From: Dudresnaya verticillata
Lineage: Eukaryota
Length of the DNA: 64,000 nucleotides
Assembly: GCA_977862235.1 (NCBI GenBank)
Contig: OZ374561.1
Location: 62,001-126,000, forward strand
Direction: 5' to 3'
In this document: positions 46,953 through 59,383 of the stretch, piece after piece
Layout: each line of letters starts with the position of its first letter
Position numbering within the stretch: the stretch's first letter is position 1
Translations under genes and position numbers: made by a program
The notes under the pieces: model-generated
Told to the model about the DNA's origin: nothing
What the model saw: only the letters and a program-made list of their open reading frames with translations
The model's database searches: none

Positions 46953-48494
46953 TTATTCACTAATACATCGTGCACAGTTATCAGGCACTTTCCCGTTGAA
47001 CAGCGCCATCGCGTGCTCCAACGCTTGTACACCAAGCCCTGTCGCAAGCTTTTGTCCGTCTGTTACGGACGGGCCAAAGTGCACCCCGGCAAGCAGTCTT
47101 GACCACCCACAATTCCGCCCCACTTCGAAAGGGCTTTTAAGTTTGATCTTGACAGGCCCTCTCACCGGCGAAGTGGGGTTCGTCAGCGCATTCAATGTTG
47201 TTTGAAACGGCGGGATTGTCCCGTTCTTCCCCACAATCATCTCCAACGCGTTCTGCACCAGCTCGGTAGAGGCAGTGCACAGCGTTGCAGATGCTGACGG
47301 ATACTCCGAATGAGGTTGGTTCGGTACCAGTGGCTCCCACTCTTCGGCCTTGACCATCCCAATTCCTTTGCCAACCCCTTTGAACGCTTTGACCATCACG
47401 CCAGACAATAATCTTCTGACTATTGTCTTTGGTCGTACCAGATCATGTCGTACCTTCTCCTTCCACGCAAGCAGCACGGCATCATGCTGGGACATTAAAT
47501 CGCCAAGTGCCAATGCCCGCTCGAGCTCGAACTCAATATTCAGGACCAGCTTGTAGTACGAACGGACAGAGCCCAACGAAACAAACTTGTTCTCCCACCA
47601 GAAAGCCACCGCAATCTGTTCATTGGTAAGCTTAGAGCTGACTCTAAACATATTGCGAATCAAACTGATCACCCGCCTCTTGTCCTTCGGGCTAAGACTG
47701 CTCCTCCGGGTTGGTGTGACATACGGGCCCGGAACGATGCGCGATTTCATTTCCTGCGGGGTGAGCACGAGCGGCTTGCCGCGGGTACCGATGTGAGGCG
47801 TGACATGGACTTGCGAGATAAAGTTTCCTCGACTATCAGCTTCTACAGTCAAGGGTTGCCATCTGAGCGGCCGCTTGAGGGCCGAAGCGGCGAGGCCGGC
47901 CAGGTTCTTGGGCTTGTAGCCGGACGAGTCGGAGAAGCGTTGCCGGAAATCTGTGCGAGTAGCATCACCTTGTGAATTCCAACCATCAGAGCTGAAATAC
48001 TTGATAAAGCGACTGGCAATATGATTTGCCCATCCAGTCACGGTTTTCTTGTCGGTCTCACTGCCGGACAGTTTGAGCCCAGCCTTTATCAGAAAAGACC
48101 CGTAACTCCGAGCTTCAGCAGGAAACTCACTTGCAATAAGGCGATGGGTAATAAGAGAATACAGGATAGCTTTGGTGTCTTCGCTTTTGCAGAATGCAGA
48201 GGGAATGGGGTCCTTGGTGCCGAAAAAAGATAGAGCGATAGGATGACAAGCGGCCATAACTTCATATGACGGAAGGACTGTAAACATGGAGTACCTCACC
48301 CCTATTGGGGTCTGAGCGAAGAAAATGCCAGCTGGAAATTGAGAGAAGAGAGCTTCATTGGGAGGGACGACGGATGGGGTGATCTGTTGAGCGAGAGACT
48401 TGGGCCCCTTTGCATTTGGTGCACCCTGGGATGCACATCGATGGAATGCATGGCATAACAAAAAAAGGGAGAGCAAAAGGGTGGTCGTCCCCAT
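46953..48494 (-). CDS. Secreted vanadium-dependent haloperoxidase-like (PAP2 superfamily) protein
   Basis: Signal peptide MGTTTLLLSLFLLCHAF; KVRHDLVRP (K-x6-RP), HSEYPSASA (PSGH variant) and SRLLAGVHF. Confidence 0.85.
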   Translation of the reverse strand: MGTTTLLLSLFLLCHAFHRCASQGAPNAKGPKSLAQQITPSVVPPNEALFSQFPAGIFFAQTPIGVRYSMFTVLPSYEVMAACHPIALSFFGTKDPIPSAFCKSEDTKAILYSLITHRLIASEFPAEARSYGSFLIKAGLKLSGSETDKKTVTGWANHIASRFIKYFSSDGWNSQGDATRTDFRQRFSDSSGYKPKNLAGLAASALKRPLRWQPLTVEADSRGNFISQVHVTPHIGTRGKPLVLTPQEMKSRIVPGPYVTPTRRSSLSPKDKRRVISLIRNMFRVSSKLTNEQIAVAFWWENKFVSLGSVRSYYKLVLNIEFELERALALGDLMSQHDAVLLAWKEKVRHDLVRPKTIVRRLLSGVMVKAFKGVGKGIGMVKAEEWEPLVPNQPHSEYPSASATLCTASTELVQNALEMIVGKNGTIPPFQTTLNALTNPTSPVRGPVKIKLKSPFEVGRNCGWSRLLAGVHFGPSVTDGQKLATGLGVQALEHAMALFNGKVPDNCARCISE

Positions 48495-51400
48495 GTTGCA
48501 GGGCTAGTTGCCGCAACGAGCGATGATGGGATTTCAAAACTTTAACTGGCAACGAACGGGGAGTGCTGATCTTTCAAAGGCGATCGCAGGATCGTGACCA
48601 GAGGTCAACCCAGCGGCTGGCCTCCCGAAGATCCGATGTTTATACTCCTCGGTCATCGAGTCTTGCTTGCAACGCATTCTGAATATGCACTTGCGCGAGC
48701 GGTGTACTGCCTCACACCGCGTGTGAGTCACACGGGGTTTGGCGGGATGGGTTCAGTAGGGGTGTGGACAGAAGCCGAACCGACCCTATTTCCCGAAAAA
48801 ATGGTCTTGGGTCCGTTGTGCGTGATTTGCGTCATCTCGAGGCATTTGGGCGGCGGATCGCGGCTGCGTCGTTCTCGCAATCCGGTAAGTCGCGACCAAC
48901 AACAATTGGTCACAACAGGGCAACCACGGAGACCGTGATTCAAACTCATCACCAGGAAGAGAGACCGCCCCTGATGCACTTTTGAGGAGCATGCCGAGCG
49001 ACTTGACGGCGGAGGCGCACGGAACGCGACTCTCCCCGACAGCACCGGTTGTCGTGTGTGCCCAGTGTCCAGAATATCATGCCGCGTGCCGGTTGCAGAC
49101 ATTCATCCCGTTCTATTACAGTGGCCCTATTCCGCATTCCACGTTCCTTGCGCAAGCGCCCGGTTGGACGCTAAAAACACGGTCCTTCAGGTACAACGTG
49201 TGCTTCTCGCCGGCTAGTACGCGTCGAATAGACGTCATTCCAACCTCCCCTTTTCAAAGTGATAGCGTGAGCTACTGCGTGCGGAGTTTCAGTCACTGCC
49301 AGTTGAAGTTTTAAAAGCCAAAGGCCTCCATCACCCGAACCGTCCGAGAGCTTCTCAATGGAAGATAGTGTGTCAACACACTTCGATAAATAATTCTCTT
49401 CCTCTTTCCCTGATCACTAGAGGAGGGAAGGGCACAACACTCGCCGCCCCCCATTATCATTGTGTGGGCTGCATGCTGCAAACGAAAGTATCATACTGTA
49501 GGCAAAAAGTCATTATTGCAGCACAGTTTGCACTGCATTTTCCGTACCCCCCTCGTTCTCTCATAAAGGCATCGACAACATCAGAAGAGTGGAATGACTT
49601 AGCATCGCAAGTTCCTCAACGGAGATTCTTGTAGAAAATGGTGCTGATTCGGACATGTCACCAGTGTATCCATTTTGTGTGAACAACTTGAGCTGCGTGT
49701 GTGTGGTGAACAACGACTAACACAATGCTCTGTGCGCGACCGGCTGGTTGTTGCCAGTCTGGTGATGAAAAGCATACCTCAACACAGTGCCTCACTGTTT
49801 GGTCGTCTTTTTCTTCAGGGAGACACTCCCAGTGATTCTGATAACATAGGAGACTTGGTGCGGCCGCGTATTAACTGCTATGAAACTGAAGAACGGCACC
49901 TGCGATTCCCGCTCTTCCAGACCCACTCATTTCCATTCTGCTCAACATTTTGTCCTCCAATAGAAGCCTAAATTTGGCGATACAGCCAATGGCGGCATGC
50001 CATGTCGAGGATCTCGAGCTCGCCTGACGAGGCGGACATGCAATAGCAACATTAACGTACGAACTTTCAGCAGAGCTCAGCAGAGCGCCAAGGCGGTGAC
50101 GTGCCCGCAACGACTCCTCACCACGGTGCGAGATCCGGATAGCCCCGATAGAGGCGGCAACAACTTTTTCTGTGCGGAGCCGACGCGCGGGAGCCTAGGA
50201 TAGTGGTACTCTGATAAACATACTCCAGTGTACCTCTGGCAAGCTACAGTTCGCACACCTCCGAGCCTCCAAGGTGGTCGGTCTGCAGCCGCATCTGGGG
50301 GTGGCGGGAGGATTCTTTTTTCACGTTGCACCATCTCACTGTGTGAGCGGGGTCGCGAAGATCTTGGTGTCTCACAGGAGAAGCGGAGCGGGGTCGCATT
50401 ACGCCTTGTCGGCGAAGGCCATCTTTCGCCCCTGTATGTCATTTTGCGAGTTCTGTAAACATCGCGGAACTCTTCCAAAGGCAAAGTCTTGAGAGCCTTC
50501 CAAAATCACAAGGGCAGCTTGCTGCCGCAGCTTGCTGCCGGCAAATGGCCTCGACCGTTCCAGGCTTTGGCTCATCGCAAACGAGGAGGGGTGCGCAAAA
50601 CTTTGCTCTTTGAATTCGGAGCCTCGAACCATCTCTGTTTACCTCACCTGGTTGACGGTCAGGGACAATCGCACTTCATTGAGGTGCTGCTGTTGTGCGC
50701 TATCTGACATCCAGGAAGAACAGAAAGTGAAATATTGCTCCAGACAAGAGGCACCCAAGTTGAGTGCAACGGAGACGATGGTGGGACGAGGTGGGGCGTG
50801 CGGCAACGGTCACCAGATTCCTGCGTTGTGGATAAACGGGCTTCCCTTCAGCAGGAAACATACAAGCTGACATAATAATGGGGATGCCGCGGTGCTGAAC
50901 AATATTGTTGGCGGCAATCTTGTTGCCAAGGAGATTTCGAGCCGAAATGGAGCTCAACTCTCCAGTATGCGAAAAAGCGTGGGCGGCAACAGTGAAGGCG
51001 ACAAATGTCAAAAAGCTGCGCGAGTCGACAACAACAACACGCCCACGCTCCGGTTGGCACTAGTATTGGCAGCGTTATTGACATCACCAGCAAACAGGTG
51101 CTGATTGTGGGCGATATATGTCTCAGTCGCACCCTTTGCACCTTTTCAGGAGGCGCGAGATAGATACGAAGTCTCTCGCGTCTGGAGCGCAGTCCTGCCA
51201 GCAGGAAAACGATGCTGCTTTCGTGGTAGCGCGAGCATTGGCACCGCCATTTCTCACACAGTTGCTCAGGTTGATCGACAGGTTGGTGCTTGATACTCTG
51301 GACTGAATCCTCACCGTTTGCCCCGCGTCCAGGCTCGCAGATCTCACGACAATTGACGAGAGGCTATGTGACTAGCCAAGAGCTCGGGGCCACCATAGCA

Positions 51401-52123
51401 CAGTCGTTACTGTGGTCAGCAATGCTGACTCAGCATTGCTTGTGCTTCTCGTAGCGTGCGGCCGAGATTTTCTCAAGAACTGGGATCAATAAGAAGCACA
51501 CTCAGCAGTACCATGTGATGAGAGTTGCTTTGCACAACAGTGTGTTTCAAGCTCGGTCTACGATAACCGAAGAGAACTTGTGCCAGCGAGCGCTGCAGCA
51601 CCATCCTTACCGTATGCCGTACAGTTTGTCTTTACGGTCGGCTTCAAACGAAACGCAAAGGATTCGAAACAGAACACAATGCTGCAGCGCAGCAGTTCCT
51701 TGGGAATGCACATTGCGGTTCGAATCAGTCCATATTTACAGCATCCTAGTTGGAAGTCATCTCCTTCAAAGCCCCTAATACATCCTTCGCGACCACGCGT
51801 TAACTTCACTATCTGGCTGTTGATTCGTGGTTGGCATAGTCTCTCTCTCGGGAAGCCCTTTCAGGACCTCTTGCTCACGAGTTGCGATCAATGCGTCCAC
51901 AAGGGACAGCGCATGCGTTGGAGTGAAAATCAGCCGAAGCCAAGGTCAACAACCCTGAAGGACATCGCATTGGAAAAGTCTGCTACCATCCTAGGGGGAA
52001 AAAGGAACCCATTTGCTTCGTCGTATATGCACTTCTTTACATACCCGTACCAGGCCGACTACACCCGGAGAGCGAAAATATTCTGCCTATGTCCTCCGCC
52101 AAAACAGCCATTAGGAGGCCTCA

Positions 52124-54124
52124 TTATAGCTCATCATGTGAATCGTCCACATCATCATCGTCTTCACCAGAAGCACCTTCCTGGCCACCAGCGCCACCTG
52201 CACCACCGCCGCCAATCTTCTGCATCAGAGGGTCGATCACGTCCTTGAGGTCCTTCAACCGACCCTCTACATCTTCATGGTCAGCCTCCTCCAATTCGCT
52301 GTCCATCCATTCCTGTGCTTCCTTAACGGCGCTTTCCAGGCTCTCAATTTCTTCCTCAGAGAGCTTGCCTCCAATCTTTTCCTTCTCCTCGAGGGCGCTC
52401 TTCACGCTGAAGATGACGCCCTCAAGATTGTTCTTCGCCTCGACCTTCTTCTTGATCTTCTCGTCCTCGTCCTTCATTTCCTCAGCCTCTCTGACCATAC
52501 GCTCGATCTCCTCCTCAGACAGGCGACCCTTGTCATTTGTAATCGTGATGCTTTCCTTATTGGACGCACCCTGCTCTTCAGCAGATACACTGAGAATACC
52601 GTCAGCATTGACATCGAACGTGACAAGCACTTGTGGCTCACCACGCCGGGCCTTCCGGATACCACCGAGATCAAACTTGCCAAGCATGTGGCAGTCCTTA
52701 GTCATGGGGCGCTCTCCTTCGAATACCTGGATGCTGACGACCTCCTGGTTGTCCTGGTAGGTGGTGAACGTCTGGCTCTTGCTCGCAGGGACCTTGGAGT
52801 TGCGCTGGATGATCTTGCTCATGACACCACCGACAGTCTCAATACCGAGAGAAAGCGGAGCGACATCAACGAGAACGATGTGGTCGGTGGCCTCGCCGCC
52901 ATCACCAGAAAGGATGCCGGCCTGAACAGCCGCACCATATGCCACAGCCTCGTCGGGGTTGATACCCTTGCTCGGAGCCTTACCATTGAAGAAGTCGCTG
53001 ACAAGCTGCTGGACCTTCGGAATACGAGTAGAACCACCAACCAGAACGACCTCATGTACTTCACCCTTCGATAGACCAGAGTCCTTGAGAACCTTTTCGA
53101 CCGGCTTGAGCGTCCTGCGAAAGAGGTCCGAGTTGAGCTCCTCAAACCTGGCCCGGGTAAGAGTCTCAGAGAAGTCCTGACCGTCGAAGAGCGACTCAAT
53201 CTCAATACGAACCTGAGTCTGCGATGAGAGAGCTCTCTTCGCCTTCTCACACTCGCGGCGCAGCTTGGCAAGAGCACGCTTGTCCTTGCTAAGATCCTTA
53301 GAATACTTGCGTTTGAAGAGCTTCATCATATAGTCCATCACACGCTGGTCAAAGTCCTCACCACCGAGATGGGTATCACCATTGGTCGACAGAACCTCGA
53401 AAACGCCGTCGTCAATGGTGAGCAGGGTGACATCGAAAGTACCACCTCCAAGATCGAAGACCAAGATGTTCTTCTCCCCCTTCTTGTTAAGACCGTAGGC
53501 AATAGCGGCGGCTGTGGGCTCGTTGATGATACGCATGACGTTGAGACCAGCAATAGTACCCGCGTCCTTGGTGGCCTGACGCTGAGCATCGTTGAAGTAG
53601 GCGGGGACGGTGACAACAGCATTCTTAATCTCTTTGCCAAGATATTCCTCAGCAGTCCTCTTCATCTTGCCCAGCACCATAGCGGAAATCTGCTCAGGAG
53701 AGAAGCTCTTCTGAGCGCCCTTGATATCAACAGAAATCATAGGCTTATCGCCCTGGCTAACAATGTTAAACGGCAGGAGCTTCTTGTCGCGCTGCACGGT
53801 GGTATCCGTGAACTTACGACCAATGAGGCGCTTAACGTCAAAGATGGTATTGACGGGGTTCATAGCTGCCTGGTTCTTCGCGGCATCGCCGATGAGACGC
53901 TCTTCAGAGGTGAAGGCGACGTAACTGGGAGTGATACGGTTTCCCTGGTCATTGGCGATGATCTCAACCTGGCCATTTTGCATAACGCCGACGCACGAGT
54001 ATGTGGTACCAAGATCGATTCCAATGACGGTGCCAACATTTTCTTTGCCGGCATCCGCAGCAGAGGCAAGCAGCACGGCCGCACTGAGCAGCAGCGCCGC
54101 GACGGCACGGCGGACAGAGTTCAT
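52124..54124 (-). CDS. BiP: ER-luminal Hsp70 chaperone BiP
   Basis: Signal peptide, [24 protein letters not shown] and C-terminal HDEL. Confidence 0.98.
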   Translation of the reverse strand: MNSVRRAVAALLLSAAVLLASAADAGKENVGTVIGIDLGTTYSCVGVMQNGQVEIIANDQGNRITPSYVAFTSEERLIGDAAKNQAAMNPVNTIFDVKRLIGRKFTDTTVQRDKKLLPFNIVSQGDKPMISVDIKGAQKSFSPEQISAMVLGKMKRTAEEYLGKEIKNAVVTVPAYFNDAQRQATKDAGTIAGLNVMRIINEPTAAAIAYGLNKKGEKNILVFDLGGGTFDVTLLTIDDGVFEVLSTNGDTHLGGEDFDQRVMDYMMKLFKRKYSKDLSKDKRALAKLRRECEKAKRALSSQTQVRIEIESLFDGQDFSETLTRARFEELNSDLFRRTLKPVEKVLKDSGLSKGEVHEVVLVGGSTRIPKVQQLVSDFFNGKAPSKGINPDEAVAYGAAVQAGILSGDGGEATDHIVLVDVAPLSLGIETVGGVMSKIIQRNSKVPASKSQTFTTYQDNQEVVSIQVFEGERPMTKDCHMLGKFDLGGIRKARRGEPQVLVTFDVNADGILSVSAEEQGASNKESITITNDKGRLSEEEIERMVREAEEMKDEDEKIKKKVEAKNNLEGVIFSVKSALEEKEKIGGKLSEEEIESLESAVKEAQEWMDSELEEADHEDVEGRLKDLKDVIDPLMQKIGGGGAGGAGGQEGASGEDDDDVDDSHDEL

Positions 54125-54197
54125 CGCTGCGAAATTAGGACAATTAGTGGTTTAGTCAGGGAGGGGGTTCCTAGGGGGCGCGACCCGGGTGGGTAAC

Positions 54198-54245
54198 GGA
54201 CGGGCAACGTAGTTGGGACGGGACGGGCAACGTAGTTCGGACGGG
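54198..54245. repeat. 23-bp-period duplication GGACGGGCAACGTAGTT upstream of BiP
   Basis: Copies at 54198-54214 and 54221-54237. Confidence 0.85.
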
Positions 54246-54721
54246 TGGGGTCGGGGGGTGGGATGGGGGAAGGGTTAACCTTGCGGCGGTTCAATCTAGA
54301 TGGGCTGTTGGAGGGGCTTAAGTAGGGTGCGCGACGGCGCAGGGGAGCGATACGCGGGCGAAGACGGTGGAAGTCGCGCATCGGATCTGCGGGCGAATCG
54401 GGCGATGGCGGCGTTAAGTGCATTGTCAGGGCACGCGAGACGCCGCTTGGCGTGCCCATTGGCTGCGCATGGCTGTTGACTGCACTCGTTCAGTCTTTTC
54501 CGCGGAATGTTGACTGAAGGCGCGAGAAGAACGCCAATTCGAAGGCGACCCGCGGCCGTTATACAACCAATCGCCACTTCGCTCATCCACCGCTAAATTA
54601 CAGAACGCCTCCCCCCATTCCCGCCAAAATTCCGCGTCTGGCAACTTTTCGCAAATACCCAGGCCTGTGTAAGCACAGATGATGATTGTGCTCAGTCGTT
54701 ACCCGATACCTCATGCCTTTC

Positions 54722-54760
54722 GTTCCAACGAGACAAACGTCGGTTCCAACGAGACAAACG
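54722..54760. repeat. 21-bp-period duplication GTTCCAACGAGACAAACG
   Basis: Copies at 54722-54739 and 54743-54760. Confidence 0.85.
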
Positions 54761-55946
54761 CCGGCGCCCAGCCTGAAGCCGCAACACACAAGCATCCACC
54801 CAACCAGCGCACAAGGAACACGTGGAGAGACGCGCCCGCGTACCACGCCGACTGTACTCACGTCCTCCATCGCGGCACCTCAACCGACGACTGACCGCCG
54901 TCGCCGCCCGTCGACGACGACCCCCCTCCACCGCCCCCTTCCTGTCTGACACCCCCGCGTTGCCGCCACCTGCCCCCTCCGTCGTCGCCGACGCCACCGC
55001 GCACGTACAGTACGCACCAAAAAGAGCATCAAGTCCGAACCTAAACCCGCACACACGTGTGCGAGCGCGGCTGCGCTGGCATGGACACAAGCGCCCACCC
55101 GCGCTTGTTACACCCAGTTTACCCCCTCCCCCATCGCCATCGGGCACCGCGACAGCCGCGGAGAACGCAACCCCACCCCCTGCCTGTCCCATTCCCAGTC
55201 CGCTGCGTGCAGCCTGCGAGCACCACACCGTCCAGCGCACGCACCCGCGAGCAGTCAACATCCGTGCCGCGCCGCGCCGCGCCGCGCCAGGTCAAAGCGC
55301 CCCCGCTCCGGCAGAGTAGACCATGCCCATGCAGAGTCTCAGGAGCCCTTCCGCAGCATCTGTGCAGCTTGTGGTGTGAAGGTCTGCGAGCCTTCACCGC
55401 ACCCCCTGGCCTGCCTCGTCGTCGCCTCGTCGCCCCGTCCGCCCAGCCCCTCACACTGCGCCCATACCTCTTCTGCCTCCCCGTCCTCGCCGTCCTCCTG
55501 CATCATCCCGATGCCAGCGCACACGACACGGCCTGTTTCTCTGGAACCTGTGCGCAGTCTACTTGCGCTGCTCCGAACCCAGCAACTTCCAACTGCCCCC
55601 CAACCGCCGCATGCGCTTCGCCGTGCTCTGTCCCCACTCATCCATCCTCCGCACTCTCGTCCCCAGTCGCTACGCTGGCGCGTAGTCAAGACGGATGACT
55701 TGTAATACGCACCAGTAGTTTTGATCCCCTCTACCGTGCAACAGGCCTCGTACGCGTGTTGCAGAACGTCGCCATCCGCACTGATCACTGGAACTGTGAG
55801 TTCAGCCTGAAACGCGTGCGCGCGTGCGCCCCCGTTGTTCTGCCAGATCTCGCAGCTCGCAAAGTCAGTGAAAGGTTTCGTTTCGTAAGGGATTGGTGAA
55901 AACCAAACGCAAAGCATCGCATGAAGCATGATCGACCCAAACCGTT

Positions 55947-55964
55947 CCCCCCCCCCCCCCCCCC
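55947..55964. repeat. C18 homopolymer
   Basis: Direct read of the sequence; lies 3' of the RSL1D1-like stop codon. Confidence 0.9.
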
Positions 55965-56027
55965 AAGTTTACTGTACCGTCCTAACTCCACCCTCTGTAG
56001 CCACGTCGCCCCGCCGTTCTGCAACCG

Positions 56028-58236
56028 TTATTTCCGCGCGCTCCGAGTCCTCCGAGCCGACCGCACCTTCGTGGCCGCAACAATCTTCGGCGCGGGAGTC
56101 CCAGGCTGTCCGGCCTCCTCCTCAGTACCACTACCCCCCTCTACCACAACGCGTTTGCGCCCAGACCGTCGCACCTCTACCACGTCCGACCCCTTGCGTG
56201 TTGTGCCAGTGCTAGTGGTCGCGCCCGACCCAGGCCGAGCGCGCCGCGCCACGCCCGCCTTCTTCCCAGTAGGTGGCTTCTCTGCTGCCGGACCAGCCTT
56301 GCCGCTCTTTGCACCCGTCGTCTCGCGCGACCGCAGCGACATGATCGACCCAGTGTCGCTCTCCGACTCTGCCCCTGACTTAGCCGACGCGCGGCCCTTT
56401 CTCGACGACTGCTTCGCGCTCGTTGTGCGCGCCACCCTGCCCATCTCGTCCAGCATCTGCTCCTCGGAGAACAGCTTCGTCTTCTTCGACGTCCGCGCCG
56501 AGCGTCGCGTCGGAGTCGGCGGCGGCGGATCCGCAGCAGCGGACTTTTTCGCCTTTGGGCTGCCAAAGCTTTCGTCCTTGCCACTGTCCTGCTCCTTTGC
56601 GGCCGCTGATGTCTCACCCTCGTCCGCACTGTCTTTATCTTCATTGCTATCCTCCACTGCGGCACCGGCCACCTCCTGTCCTTCTTCAGCATCATCAACA
56701 TCAATAGAGTCCGCTTCGTGTTCTCGTTCGAGGTCCTCCTCCTCCTCTTCCTCTTCGTCGTCATCATCGTCCGATGCCTCAGCCTCCTCGAACATTCTCA
56801 GCATAGCAGACTTTAGCACCTTCTTCTTGCGCGATTTGCCCATTTTCTCCTTTGAATCTTTCTCGTCTGGACCGTTGACCTCTATGACAGCTTCAACGTC
56901 TCCCATTTTTGGTGGCTCATCGTCCTCGATGAGAATCGCGTCTTCCATGGCATCACCATTCTCAGCATCTGAATCCAGCAAATCCACGACGACCACCTCT
57001 TTGACACCAGCAGCTGGCTTTGCTTGACCTTTCTTTGTCGCAGCCGGCTTTTCTGGGCGGTCCGTAGCAGAGACCTTCCCTTTAATGCGCGAGGCGCTCT
57101 CCCCCTTTGCGGCATCGACGGAATCCGATTCCTTGTCATTTTGTTCGGTCCCCACCGTATCTCCAACCTGCTCCTGTAGCTCCACAGCATTTGTCTCACG
57201 AGTATCGGCCTGAGACTTTGAAGACTTCTTCTTCCTCCTGTGCTTCTTGATCTTTTTCTCTGCTCCAAGCTTTTCCTTCTTGTCAGATTTAACATATGGC
57301 TTTGATGCTGTAGGCAATGCAAGATATATCGGCAATGAGGGGGAGTTGTTGGTCTTGATACTCAAGGACTGAATATCTGCCCAGCCCTCCTTCAAGCGCA
57401 TGACAACACCCTCCATTGCTGCCGCGACATTGTCGATCAGTTGCTCAGCAGTAAAATCGCTCTTACCAATGCGTATCGAGGTGCTAGTTCCCTGACGCGG
57501 GGCAAAAGCAGCGGACGAGACCGCTCGCTTGATGGCCTCAACAACATTCTTGCGCAAATCGACGGGAACAGGCATCTTCTTCGTGGTGAGGAAGGCATTT
57601 CCAAGCAGCCCGGGCATCATCGGCGCCACGCGGTGGTCCACGAGAAAAAGATCGTACATCCCAGAAAGCTCACGGCGGGCTTCATGCGTCCCGTAGCGCT
57701 TGCGCAACTTGTCCACTCCCATCACGCGGGTTACTCCCCCATTTCCATGCTCGGCTAGATAATCTTTCATCAGTCGCTGTGGATCCTTGACAAAGAAACA
57801 CACCTCATCTTCACCAGCTTTATAGAGCGAATGCTTCAGACGGCTGCATCATTCAAAAGAAAAAAGAGATAGCGTTAGAGACCAGTCAACACTGCTCACA
57901 TCGCATCTACCAAAAAAACTCATGGCGTAGACCAACATACATCGCATAAGGGCGAAGCTTCTCCTTGAACGGTGCTTCCTTGAAGGTGACGACGAGCCAG
58001 ACGAAGTTTTCCCCGTCATTCAAGTCGCTAAGGACCTTCCCGCGAGATGCAGCGCGCTTTGCTCGCTTCTTCTCATGTATTTCCGCATCCTTCAGTAGCG
58101 CTTTCACTGCAGAGCTGAGCGTAGCATCAGCGAGGCGCGGCGGGGGCGAAGCAACATGAGGTGAGACCTTGCGCTTCTGCGCGGGGATGGGTACAGCGAC
58201 TGCCGCGCCAGCGTCAGCCGCACTGCGCTTCTTCAT
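56028..58236 (-). CDS. Ribosomal L1 domain-containing protein (RSL1D1/Utp30/Cic1-like) with long charged tail; exons 58236-57941 and 57843-56028
   Basis: Intron GTATGT...CTAAC...polypyrimidine...CAG (57844-57940). Splicing gives PYAIRLKHSLY...EVCFFVKDP; downstream are YDLFLVDHRV, KKMPVPVDL and SPSLPIY. Confidence 0.88.
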
Positions 58237-59383
58237 CTTCGATGGGATGATCACCACACTTCTTGGTATCCTGGCAGGGTGGTCAAAAGGATGTCTGCGC
58301 GCGTTTGTTCCGCCGAAGAGGGTTGATGACGGCAAGTCTGGGCTCAACGGCTCTCCCTTATCAGCTACGCCTTCGCCGTCGGCGCACACGAGTATTGGTC
58401 GAAACTCGCGAAAATCGACCCACATCTGAAATGACCCGGGGAATCGCTTTTGGGGCAGCTTTTTGCCCCGCGGTCCAGCTGTGACTTCTCAACGCAGTGT
58501 ACGATATTAGCTCTACCGCCCGAACCAAGATGGCAAGAAAAGGGGAAGATTCTTCCTTCCTCTTCACGCCAGTACCTTTCTTACCACTCTGGTACTCATC
58601 GTCCCAATGAGCACTGACTCGCGCTAGTTTTGTGAGTTACTTCTCAGCTACGGTCTCTAGAACGGCAATGTGCCTGTTGACAGAATTTGAACTTGCGTAA
58701 AGCCATCTTTGGAGTGACATCTTCCTATAATAAAACAACTCTCAGGCCAAACAAATGTATCTTCGTCAAGTCACCTCAATGTGCTTCAGGAAATGTGCTT
58801 GGTTTACCACAAAATATTGAATCTGCTCCACATTTATCTTGGGAAGACCTGCAGAATCTTCGTTTAGAGAGCCGTTCTCCAATAGTTCCCTAAATACCAA
58901 AAAAGCATGTCTCATTTTGCGCACCGCCTTACCTTGTATCCAATGCTTTTTCTGATCGCCCTTGTTCACAAGCTTGGTGAGAAGAGCTCAATATTAGCTC
59001 ACCACACCAGCACAACAGTTCAGTAGGCAATTTTTGTAACAGATTGGTTCAGGTATGTGACATATTCAAGATAAATTGCTATTGCCCAGAGTTAATAGCA
59101 GGGTGCATTGTACAAGCGAGAGAGCATGCAGCTTTATGATGGGTATGTAGGCATGGATAGCAGTATAGGAATCACTTAGAGCCCAAGCTAATGTTGACCG
59201 CACGAATCAACTACTTGAAACATATTCTGAGACCCCTTTGGCTCAATTCCCATGTTGAGCTGGTGCGTAGTACAGTATAGAGAAACACCCCACATGGTTC
59301 CATTCGATAAGCATTCCCGGGGAGAGATGTCTGGTACTACTTGCTACAGAATTGGTTAAATACCAAAACCTGGTCAGTCAGGC

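Noticed and set aside
48600..52100. Numerous 60-220-aa ORFs between the VHPO-like gene and BiP
   Set aside because: No recognisable motifs or consistent strand and frame; possibly decayed sequence.
52089..54196. Long antisense ORFs opposite BiP
   Set aside because: Antisense open frames are a known consequence of Hsp70 codon bias.
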